A stretch of DNA of 15,807 nucleotides from Verrucomicrobiota bacterium (GTDB lineage: Bacteria > Verrucomicrobiota > Verrucomicrobiia > Limisphaerales > SXQI01), in NCBI GenBank assembly GCA_033762115.1, contig JANRLX010000052.1, positions 1 to 15,807 of the forward strand, given 5' to 3'. The translations under genes and the position numbers were made by a program. The first letter of the stretch is position 1. Every line of letters starts with the position of its first letter. This document shows, in pieces, positions 8,368 to 15,732 of the stretch. The notes under the pieces were generated by a model. The model did not search any database and was not told the origin of the DNA. It saw only the letters and a program-made list of their open reading frames with translations.

Positions 8368-9021
8368 ATGGAAAAGCTTTCTTCAATAAAGGTTCTTTTT
8401 CTCAGTGAACAACGTCTCCTCCGGGAAGCCTTTGCAGAGGCGTTTTCAGGATTGTCAGACATCAAACTCCTGGCCGCAGTCGACACCGTGGAGGAAGCAA
8501 TCACATCGATGCTGAAATCGCAGCCGGATGTTATCCTGGTGGACATAAACCCTTCACTGTTTGGCAGAACGGTGGCAAAGCGCCTTCAGGTAGCGTGCCC
8601 CGGTTGTAAAATTATCCTCCTGGCCAGCCATTCGGATGAAATAGCGGAGGCATATTTAATCGCGGAAGGCGTCAAGGGAGTGCTTTCAAAAAATATCGGC
8701 ATTCACGATCTCGGAAGGGCGATTCGCCAGGTATATTTGGGGAACTCGGTTTGCATGAGCGACGGGAAACCTGCCGCTATGGATACCCGGCCAGTGAGCG
8801 GAATGACCGAACGCGAGGCACAGGTACTCGTCATGATCACACAAGGTCTCGCCAACAAACAAATTGCGGCCGAACTGGGAATCAGCACCAAGACTGTCGA
8901 AAAGCACCGGCAACGAGTCATGTCCAAACTGCAAACCCACGAAACAGCAGGTCTGACCTGGCGCGCCATCTGTATGGGAGTTGCCCGCTCAACGCCCTGT
9001 CTGGCCATTATTCCAACCTAG
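8368..9021 (+). CDS. NarL/FixJ-family response regulator (REC + LuxR HTH)
   Basis: PDVILVD phospho-site region and LSK. HTH is TEREAQVLVMITQGLANKQIAAELGISTKTVEKHRQRVMSKL. Confidence 0.92.
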   Translation: MEKLSSIKVLFLSEQRLLREAFAEAFSGLSDIKLLAAVDTVEEAITSMLKSQPDVILVDINPSLFGRTVAKRLQVACPGCKIILLASHSDEIAEAYLIAEGVKGVLSKNIGIHDLGRAIRQVYLGNSVCMSDGKPAAMDTRPVSGMTEREAQVLVMITQGLANKQIAAELGISTKTVEKHRQRVMSKLQTHETAGLTWRAICMGVARSTPCLAIIPT

Positions 9022-9030
9022 ACATGCAAG

Positions 9031-9052
9031 ACGGTAGGGAAACGCCTACCGT
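9031..9052 (+). promoter_or_regulatory. Palindromic regulator box upstream of PepSY-like gene
   Basis: ACGGTAGG-GAAACG-CCTACCGT with perfect 8-bp arms. There is no U tract, so an operator is more likely than a terminator. Confidence 0.6.
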
Positions 9053-9090
9053 TGTGCAGTCCCCAAGAGGGTGTTTGTTTATTGCGAGCT

Positions 9091-10026
9091 ATGAAAACAC
9101 CTTATTTATTATCCATTGCTACTGCAGCTTCCCTCATTTCACAGGGCCTGGCTGAGGATCAAAACAGTTCAAGGCAGAACACACCGAAACAACAGGCCTC
9201 GCAAAACTCCGCGTCATCCAAGAACTCATCAGGCACAAGGGTGAGTTTGAATGAAATACCGCAAAAAGTGCAAAAAACGTTCCAATCTGAAGCGGGCAGC
9301 GTCAACATCGAAAATGTGAGCAAGGTGAACAAGAACGGTGAAACATGTTACGTTGGCACTTTCGATAAAAATGGAATGAAAGGCCATGTCACCGTGGCCG
9401 AAGATGGTTCGCTCCTCCAGGTTCTTCAGACCGGAAACATCGCCTTGATCAATCAGGCTCCACCGCTTGGCAAGTCCGATGTGAACAAGTCGGAACTCCC
9501 CGATGCCGTGCAATCTGCGCTTAAACAACATGCGGGCACAAACCAGGTTGGAGAAATCGGAACGATCCATGATTCCGGGCAGACTTTCTACACCGCTGCC
9601 TACAACGATGCAGGTGTGCATACCGAGTTGGTTCTTAACAAGGACGGCAAATTGCTTCTTCGCGCGGAACAAACCGCACTCATGGTAGCACCGCTGAAGA
9701 ACACACAGACCGTCACGATGCAGACCGCGCCACAATCCGTGCAGGATGCAATCCGTCAGCACGGTGGACCAAATGCCCAGGTGAGTGACATCGACAAAGG
9801 CCAATGGAACGGCCAAACCGCTTATCGCGTGTTGATCCGGAAGAACGGGTCGACTCGTCCTGTTCTGATTTCCGAAAGCGGTGAGATTCTTCGCGGTTCG
9901 CCATCCTCCGTGGGCAGCGCCGGCTCCTCTCAACAAGGTTCAGGGCAGCCGCAAAGCGAAAACTCTGACCGTCAGGGGAGGGCTAACTCTGCGCCAACAG
10001 AAAATTCCAACAGCAACGAACAGTAA
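9091..10026 (+). CDS. Secreted protein with three PepSY-like (BLIP-like/DUF2874-type) repeats
   Basis: Signal peptide MKTPYLLSIATAASLISQGLA. Three repeats of P--VQ.....G....(I/V).......G-T-Y.......G......V/L/I...G-(L/I)L, with Q/S/N-rich termini. Confidence 0.8.
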   Translation: MKTPYLLSIATAASLISQGLAEDQNSSRQNTPKQQASQNSASSKNSSGTRVSLNEIPQKVQKTFQSEAGSVNIENVSKVNKNGETCYVGTFDKNGMKGHVTVAEDGSLLQVLQTGNIALINQAPPLGKSDVNKSELPDAVQSALKQHAGTNQVGEIGTIHDSGQTFYTAAYNDAGVHTELVLNKDGKLLLRAEQTALMVAPLKNTQTVTMQTAPQSVQDAIRQHGGPNAQVSDIDKGQWNGQTAYRVLIRKNGSTRPVLISESGEILRGSPSSVGSAGSSQQGSGQPQSENSDRQGRANSAPTENSNSNEQ

Positions 10027-10180
10027 CAAACCCCGCATTGCAGGTGCGCTCCCGGTGATTTCAGCCGAGAACGCATCCTCATTAAATGAGCGGCGCTTTC
10101 CAGGGAGGAACCACTAAAGTGCACGACAAACTCAGGATAGGAAATCCCGGCCTGCCCAAATGACTGGGATCCTCTGCACT

Positions 10181-10210
10181 GGGAGAGCGCGCCTGAGTGC
10201 GCTCTCTTTT
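10181..10210 (+). terminator. Intrinsic terminator
   Basis: GAGAGCGCGC-CTGA-GTGCGCTCTC followed by TTTT. Confidence 0.75.
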
Positions 10211-10338
10211 AACCCTTGCTGATTTCAAAACAACTAAAAGAAATAAACTAACTAATCAATGTAGGAGCCGCAGGCCCAGCTGCCAGCTCGTTTCATCATT
10301 CTAGCCCTCATCCCTTCACGAAACCTGCGTGACGCACG

Positions 10339-10391
10339 AGGTAGGTTATCACCCCACTGGCGACCATGCACAAACTGGTCGATGATAGGCT
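10339..10391 (+). promoter_or_regulatory. Box plus extended -10 promoter upstream of membrane protein gene
   Basis: AGGTAGGTTATCACCCCACT then TGA-TAGGCT (hexamer at 10386), with the same spacing as 8179-8231. Confidence 0.6.
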
Positions 10392-10489
10392 AAACGAGGA
10401 GTTGCGCACTGATTATTTTCCTATAACGCAACCGCGGCGGTGCCACGGTTGTTCCATTTACAAATTATAGAATCAACCAGGAAAAACCT

Positions 10490-11506
10490 ATGGATACAAA
10501 CACCTCTATTGTCAACCAGATCGAAGCGCCCGTCGGGAATCTAAAACGAATCTCGTGGGGAGCCGTTTTCGCCGGGGTGGTCATTGCTTTCGTCACGATC
10601 CTCCTGCTTTGCCTGCTCGGGATGGCAATCGGTTTGGGATCAATTGATCCCGTCGAGGAGCAAAATCCGTTTGCGGGTCTGGCGACCGGGGCTGCTGTCT
10701 GGTGGGCATTTAGCCTGTTGTCCGCATTGTTCCTGGGCGGCTGGGTCGCTGGTCGGCTCGCCGGTGTGCCACGACGATTTGAGGCGGGACTCCATGGAGC
10801 CATTACCTGGTCGATCGTCACAATCCTTACAGTTTACTTCGCAACCAGCGCAGTGGGACGTCTGATTGGAGGTGCTACTCGCATAGTCGCACAGGGAGCT
10901 TCCGCTCTGGGCCAGGGAGCCGCCGCGCTGACACCTGAAACGGGAAGCGGTAGTTCGGGTACCCATGCCGCAAACAACAGAAACGAAGCGCTACAAGCTG
11001 CGCGGGCTGAAGTCGAGCAGTTACTCAGGCAAACAGGCAATCCCCAACTCCAGCCGAAAAATATCCAATCTGAAATTCAGGAGGCTCATAACACTCTGGC
11101 AAATACCGCGGAAGACATTCTGACACATCCGGGCCAGGCGAAACAGGAGATCAATCAATTGATCGACAAAATCTTTGAACAAGGCTCGAACATCGCAGAC
11201 TCGGTAAACCGGGAGGAACTCGTAAATGTCCTGGCAGCCCGGACAGGGAAATCTCGTAAGGAAGCCAACGCCATCGTTGATCGGTGGGCTGCTTCCTTCA
11301 ACAAGCTGGAGGGCAAGGCAGGCACGATGGCCCAGCAGGCCGAACAAAAGGCTCGTGACATTAGTGACTCCCTTGCCAGCTCCATGGCCACGGCATCTTT
11401 CTGGGCATTTGCCGCGATCACACTCAGCGGCATCGCTGGCGTCGCCGGAGGATGCGTGGGACGCCCCAAAAACCTGGTCCCGATTCCAGACGCGAGCGAA
11501 CATTGA
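10490..11506 (+). CDS. Conserved membrane protein (three N-terminal TMs, helical soluble domain, C-terminal TM; YrzE/TIGR04086-like N-terminus)
   Basis: Contains RISWGAVFAGVV...LLGMAIGLGSIDP and FLGGWVAGRLAG...GLHGAITW. An AGGA SD-like sequence lies upstream. Confidence 0.8.
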   Translation: MDTNTSIVNQIEAPVGNLKRISWGAVFAGVVIAFVTILLLCLLGMAIGLGSIDPVEEQNPFAGLATGAAVWWAFSLLSALFLGGWVAGRLAGVPRRFEAGLHGAITWSIVTILTVYFATSAVGRLIGGATRIVAQGASALGQGAAALTPETGSGSSGTHAANNRNEALQAARAEVEQLLRQTGNPQLQPKNIQSEIQEAHNTLANTAEDILTHPGQAKQEINQLIDKIFEQGSNIADSVNREELVNVLAARTGKSRKEANAIVDRWAASFNKLEGKAGTMAQQAEQKARDISDSLASSMATASFWAFAAITLSGIAGVAGGCVGRPKNLVPIPDASEH

Positions 11507-11819
11507 ACCAGTCGCAAGCAACTACTCTGGCAGAATTACAAATTCCATCCATTCATTCCTTTTACGAGGCTGTGTGCCTCTCGAACCACTCTAGGATTGC
11601 CAAACCGCTGATCGTTTTTGATTGAGTGTGGCAGCCTGCTCTTAGATTTATTTTATTGCCGGAAACCACCCCCATCAGCCGTTACTCTTTTTCTTTTTGA
11701 GTTCGAATTCGATAGCAGGTTCAGTCTTCCGGCGGGTTGATCCACGCCTGGTTTTAAAAGCCCTCGTCAGGCCCGGTCTCGGGCAACACACCCCATTTCG
11801 AACTTTCCTCCTCCAACCC

Positions 11820-12452
11820 TCACCTCTTTGACAGATACTCCAGCGCTTTCAGCGTTGCGGACGTCCTTGTTTCCACCCCCAGCTTCTCGAAAATCTCCAG
11901 CACATGCTTCTTCACCGTCCATTCACTGATCCCCAGGATCATTCCGATCTCCGGGTTCGTTTTCCCTTGCGCCACCCACAGCAACACCTCCGCCACCCGC
12001 GGCGTCAAACCCAGCTCCAGCAGCGGCTCATACGAATCAAACCGCGGATTGAACCCGCCGCTGCCCTCCAGTTGTTTCCCCCGCTTCAACCGCGCATTCA
12101 CCGTGCTCAGCAAATCCCCCTTTGAAACCGGCTTCGTCAGGTAATCATCCGCCCCCAGGTTCATCCCCGACCGCAAATCCTCCTTCTCCCCGCGCGCTGT
12201 CAGGAACACAAACGGGATCGTCACCGTCCGTTCATCCTCCCGCAAATGCTTCAGCACCGTGTGCCCATCCATCTCCGGCATCATCACATCGCACAAAATC
12301 AAGTCCGGCGCCTCCCGTCGCGCCAGTTCCAAACCCTCCCTCCCATGCTTCGCCGTCAACACCTCAAAATCCTCCAGCCGCAGGATTGTCGAAACATTTC
12401 GCCGCATCTCCGCCTCATCCTCAATCACCAGGATTTTGCCTCCCCCTTTCAT
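11820..12452 (-). CDS. Response regulator, REC + LuxR-type HTH
   Basis: VIEDE, ILCDVMMPEMDG, FLTA and DDYLTKP in the receiver; HTH LTPRVAEVLLWVAQGKTNPEIGMILGISEWTVKKH. Start overlaps the upstream stop (ATGA). Confidence 0.93.
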   Translation of the reverse strand: MKGGGKILVIEDEAEMRRNVSTILRLEDFEVLTAKHGREGLELARREAPDLILCDVMMPEMDGHTVLKHLREDERTVTIPFVFLTARGEKEDLRSGMNLGADDYLTKPVSKGDLLSTVNARLKRGKQLEGSGGFNPRFDSYEPLLELGLTPRVAEVLLWVAQGKTNPEIGMILGISEWTVKKHVLEIFEKLGVETRTSATLKALEYLSKR

Positions 12453-13879
12453 TCGCTCCTTTCCACTGCCCCTTCCCCTTTCTCCTCTCCCCTCCCGCTG
12501 AGCCGATACCGCAGGTAATCCCGCGACACACCCAGCAACCGCGCTGCCGCCGACACATTCTGGTTGCTCTGCTTCAACGCATGATGAATCAACCGCATGA
12601 TCCCCTCCTCCAGCGAAAAACCCTCCGGCGGAAACACAAACCCCTCGTTAAACCAGTCATTCTTGTCCGCCACCGCTCCTGCCATCAACGACGGCCTCCT
12701 CAGCAACCCCTCGAAATTCAACTCCGTTCCCTCCTCGAACACCAGCGCCCGCTCCAACTCATGCGCCAACTCCCGCACATTCCCCGGCCATGGATACCCC
12801 ATCAACACCTTCGCACCCCCTGCGGAAATCCTCTTCGTCATCCGGTGCCTCCGGCACAACCGCTCCAACATCAAATTCGCCAACTCCAGCACATCCTTCC
12901 CACGCTCACGCAACGGCGGAATACTGATCCGGAACAAATCCAGCCGATGATACAAATCCTCACGAAACTCCCCCTTCTGCACCGAACTCGGCAAATCACG
13001 GTTCGTCGCCGCGATGATCCTCACATCCACCGGGATCAATTTATTCCCTCCCACCCTCCGGATTTTATGGTCCTCAATCGCCGTCAACACCTTCGCCTGC
13101 AAACCCAGCGACAAACTCGGCAACTCATCCAGAAACAACGTCCCCCCGTCCGCCGCCTCAAAAAGCCCAATCCGCGCCGCCCGCGCGTCCGTGAATGCCC
13201 CACGCTCATGCCCGAACAACTCCGATTCCGCCAACGTCTCCGGCAACGCCGAACAATTCACCTCCACCAACGCCGCATTCCCCCTCGGCCCCTGGTTATG
13301 GATCCACCGTGCAATCGTCGTTTTTCCCGTCCCCGTCTCCCCCTGGATCAACACCGGGGACAACCCCGTCTGCACCCTTCGGTCCGCAGCCAGGATCTTC
13401 TCCAACTGCCCCTGCATCCCAGCCAGCGCCGCCCCAAAAACAAAACCCTCACGCCCTCCACCCTCATCCTTCCGTCGGTGCTCCTCGATCCGCTCCGTCT
13501 GCTTGGACCGTCGCACCCGCCCAATGATCACCGGCAGCTCATTCACATCGAACGGCTTCGCCAGGTAATCCACCGCCCCCAGCTTCATCGCCTCCACCGC
13601 CCCGGTCACCCCCCCCTCCGCCGTCATGATGATCACCCCTGTGTTCCCCGGAAACACCTTCTCCCGCAACAAATCCGTCCCCAACCCATCCGGCAGGTTC
13701 ACATCCAGCAACGCAAAATCAAAACTCAAATCCTCGATCACCTTTCGCGCACGCGTCACCGTGTCCACCGCCGTCACATCCGCACCCAACCGCTCCAGGA
13801 ACGCCGCTGCTTGCTTCCGCAACATCGGTTCATCCTCCACAATCAGCACACTCAATCCAGTCAAGGCAGACATCTGCAT
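12449..13879 (-). CDS. NtrC-family sigma54-dependent response regulator (REC-AAA+-Fis HTH)
   Basis: Contains VEDE/LLDVNLPDG/KP, GETGTGKT, ESELFGHERGAFTDA, LFLDE, WPGNVREL and NVSAAARLLGVSR. Confidence 0.95.
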   Translation of the reverse strand: MQMSALTGLSVLIVEDEPMLRKQAAAFLERLGADVTAVDTVTRARKVIEDLSFDFALLDVNLPDGLGTDLLREKVFPGNTGVIIMTAEGGVTGAVEAMKLGAVDYLAKPFDVNELPVIIGRVRRSKQTERIEEHRRKDEGGGREGFVFGAALAGMQGQLEKILAADRRVQTGLSPVLIQGETGTGKTTIARWIHNQGPRGNAALVEVNCSALPETLAESELFGHERGAFTDARAARIGLFEAADGGTLFLDELPSLSLGLQAKVLTAIEDHKIRRVGGNKLIPVDVRIIAATNRDLPSSVQKGEFREDLYHRLDLFRISIPPLRERGKDVLELANLMLERLCRRHRMTKRISAGGAKVLMGYPWPGNVRELAHELERALVFEEGTELNFEGLLRRPSLMAGAVADKNDWFNEGFVFPPEGFSLEEGIMRLIHHALKQSNQNVSAAARLLGVSRDYLRYRLSGRGEEKGEGAVERSE

Positions 13880-13958
13880 GCGCGCAAACTACCTCAAACA
13901 CTCCACCGTGGGAAGCAACCTTAATCATCCACCTCATTTCAATCGCACATCTCCCCCC

Positions 13959-14132
13959 TCACACCAGCGGCTGCCACCGCTCCACCCCTTTCACTTCCTC
14001 GTGACGCATCAAATCCCTCCACACGCTTCCCGCCAGGTAAGCCGCACATTGATACTCACTCGTACGCACCAGCACTGCCCGGTACTCCTCTGGCAAGGCC
14101 GTTTCAACACTGGTCCATTCCGGCAGGGTCAC
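13959..14132 (-). CDS. Unannotated 57-aa DUF551-like protein
   Basis: MTLPEWTSVETALPEEYRAVLVRTSEYQCAAYLAGSVWRDLMRHEEVKGVERWQPLV fits the W-x-S-V...LP...VLV...W-x-PL pattern. GTG start lies 6 nt after a GATAAT -10. Confidence 0.75.
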   Translation of the reverse strand: MTLPEWTSVETALPEEYRAVLVRTSEYQCAAYLAGSVWRDLMRHEEVKGVERWQPLV

Positions 14133-14168
14133 ATCAACATTATCGACCTGCCCAGTCGCTACTATAGG

Positions 14169-14183
14169 TCAGGAATTTCCTGA
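14169..14183. promoter_or_regulatory. Palindromic operator between divergent small genes
   Basis: TCAGGAA-T-TTCCTGA has perfect 7-bp arms and is centred ~44 nt upstream of GTG 14132. Confidence 0.5.
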
Positions 14184-14206
14184 TTTTGGGTTCGCACCCC
14201 TCCCCC

Positions 14207-14235
14207 TTGTCAACAGCCCCAATTCCTCTTAAACT
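14207..14235 (+). promoter_or_regulatory. Sigma70-type promoter
   Basis: TTGTCA-N17-TAAACT, 11 nt before GTG 14247. Confidence 0.7.
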
Positions 14236-14246
14236 CCCATCACCAA

Positions 14247-14434
14247 GTGGAGACCCAAACCAAAATTACGGGCATCGACATCTCGCAGGTGCGCATGATG
14301 GGCGTCCATCAAAACACCGCCTTCTTCGTTTTTGCTGGCGGACAAAAAAAGAATTCCAGTTCGCCTCCGAAGCCGAAGCCTCCCAGGCCTTCTCGGATTG
14401 GCTCGCCTCCATCCAAACGAAAACAAACGGATGA
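14247..14434 (+). CDS. Small protein (~62 aa) interrupted by a -1 frame change at A-AAA-AAG (14345-14351)
   Basis: 0-frame METQTKITGIDISQVRMMGVHQNTAFFVFAGGQKK joins -1-frame EFQFASEAEASQAFSDWLASIQTKTNG*, whose stop overlaps the next ATG. Confidence 0.6.
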
Positions 14435-14862
14435 TCTCCCACAGCGCCCCCTGTCACCTCCTCATCCTGGACGATTCCCCTGACGACCGCCTCCTTTACG
14501 AACTTGCCCTCAAAAAAATCGATTACAAAGCCTCCTGGCAAATCCTCACCACCGTTGCGGAGGTCCGCGCTGAACTCGAACAAATCGCCTCCATCGAGAA
14601 ACATGGCCCCACCCTCTTCATCTCCGACCTCCACCTCCAAAACGGCGACGACCCCCTTGACATCATCAAATGGCTCCGCGCCCAACCCCACCTCCGCCGT
14701 ACCCCCACCATCCTCATCTCCGGTGCCTTCACCCGCCAGGAAATCAACACCGCCTACGAACTCGGCGTCCACAGCCTCCTCACCAAACCCGCCTCCCACA
14801 CCCAACGCCTCGCCTGGTTCCAGACCCTCCTCCAATACTGGTGCCGCCACTCCGTCTCCTGA
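14431..14862 (+). CDS. Single-domain response regulator (Rcp1-like receiver)
   Basis: LILDDSPDD, FISDLHL, TPTILISG, AYELGVHSLLTKP and C-terminal LLQYW are typical of Rcp1-like receivers. ATG at 14431. Confidence 0.88.
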   Translation: MISHSAPCHLLILDDSPDDRLLYELALKKIDYKASWQILTTVAEVRAELEQIASIEKHGPTLFISDLHLQNGDDPLDIIKWLRAQPHLRRTPTILISGAFTRQEINTAYELGVHSLLTKPASHTQRLAWFQTLLQYWCRHSVS

Positions 14863-15236
14863 AAATTTACCGAATAGGCAGTGGCTCACTTGAATTAGGT
14901 CGCCCATAATGTGAACGCTCAAGCATCTTGATAGGGATGCAATTCGGATCCGCAAAGCGGCAAAGCGTGCGGGCAAGATTGTAAATGCTGTTGTTGGCGG
15001 AAACAGGATTTTGTTAAATATCGGCAAAATCAATGAACAGGAGAAACCCAAAGATAAGCAATCACAGACGCCTCGAAATGCATCTCCGTCAACAGCCAGT
15101 TCGTCCGATGTGGTGGACAATTCAAAAAGCTCAAAAACCGGGGGAGCCAAATTCGAGGAAAATGTAGTCAACACTCTGTTCAGATAGGCATTATAGCATC
15201 ATAAAGCCCGAATAAATTGGGCTTCAAACTGATGCT

Positions 15237-15680
15237 ATGTCTGTCACAATTGCAGATCGTTTTGCGGCGCAGTGCAGTGTTGTTTACTCAAACAACTGCT
15301 CCTCCCCCCTGCCTCATCCAGCAGAGTTGGCAGCATACGATCAAATCATTCCTGACGGCGCGGATCGCATAATGAAAATGGCGGAGAATCAGTCAGCCCA
15401 CAGAATATCTCTTGAGCATAAAGTCGTTTCCAGCCACCAGAGGCAAGCGTTTTTTGGGCAAATCTGCGACCTGGTAATTCGGCTCTCGTGGCTTGCAATG
15501 GCGACGTTCGCAGCGGTTAGTGGATAGGTCTGGTTTGGCACAGTCATCGGCGGGACCACTTTAATCAGCTTGGTCTCAGTGTTCTTGTATTCACGTAATC
15601 CGCAAAAAAGGGAATTGAACCAAAAACAGATGCAAATGCGTCCGCCCCAACCGGAAAAGAAGGCGAAGAAAAATCGCTGA
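15237..15680 (+). pseudogene. DUF2335 membrane protein pseudogene (in-frame TAG at 15525-15527)
   Basis: SPLPHPAELAAYDQIIPDGADRIMKMAENQSAHR is the DUF2335 motif. After the TAG the same frame continues VWFGTVIGGTTLISLVSVFLY...KKAKKNR* (second TM plus basic tail). Confidence 0.8.
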
Positions 15681-15732
15681 GGCAGCAGGCCTCCCCGGCC
15701 AGACCCCAGAGTTCACACCTACAGACAACCCC

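Noticed and set aside
11507..11819. Possible short minus-strand ORF ending ...IEFELKKKKSNG* and small hairpins in the convergent gap
   Set aside because: Under 40 codons with no recognisable signals or motif; no att-like direct repeat matching the left island edge was found.
12122..13924. 600-aa plus-strand ORF
   Set aside because: Antisense shadow of the NtrC and REC-LuxR genes; its Pro/His/Gln/Arg-rich composition follows from their G-ending codons.
14091..14106. Sigma54-like TGGCAAGGCCGTTTCA
   Set aside because: Lacks the conserved -12 GC and lies antisense inside the DUF551-like ORF.
14186..14343. TTG start and N-terminus of the 82-aa ORF 14186-14434
   Set aside because: This part overlaps a near-consensus sigma70 promoter and is Pro-rich; only the portion after the A-run looks coding.
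14266..15174. 302-aa minus-strand ORF
   Set aside because: Antisense to the well-supported receiver gene, crosses a compositional boundary and shows no motif.
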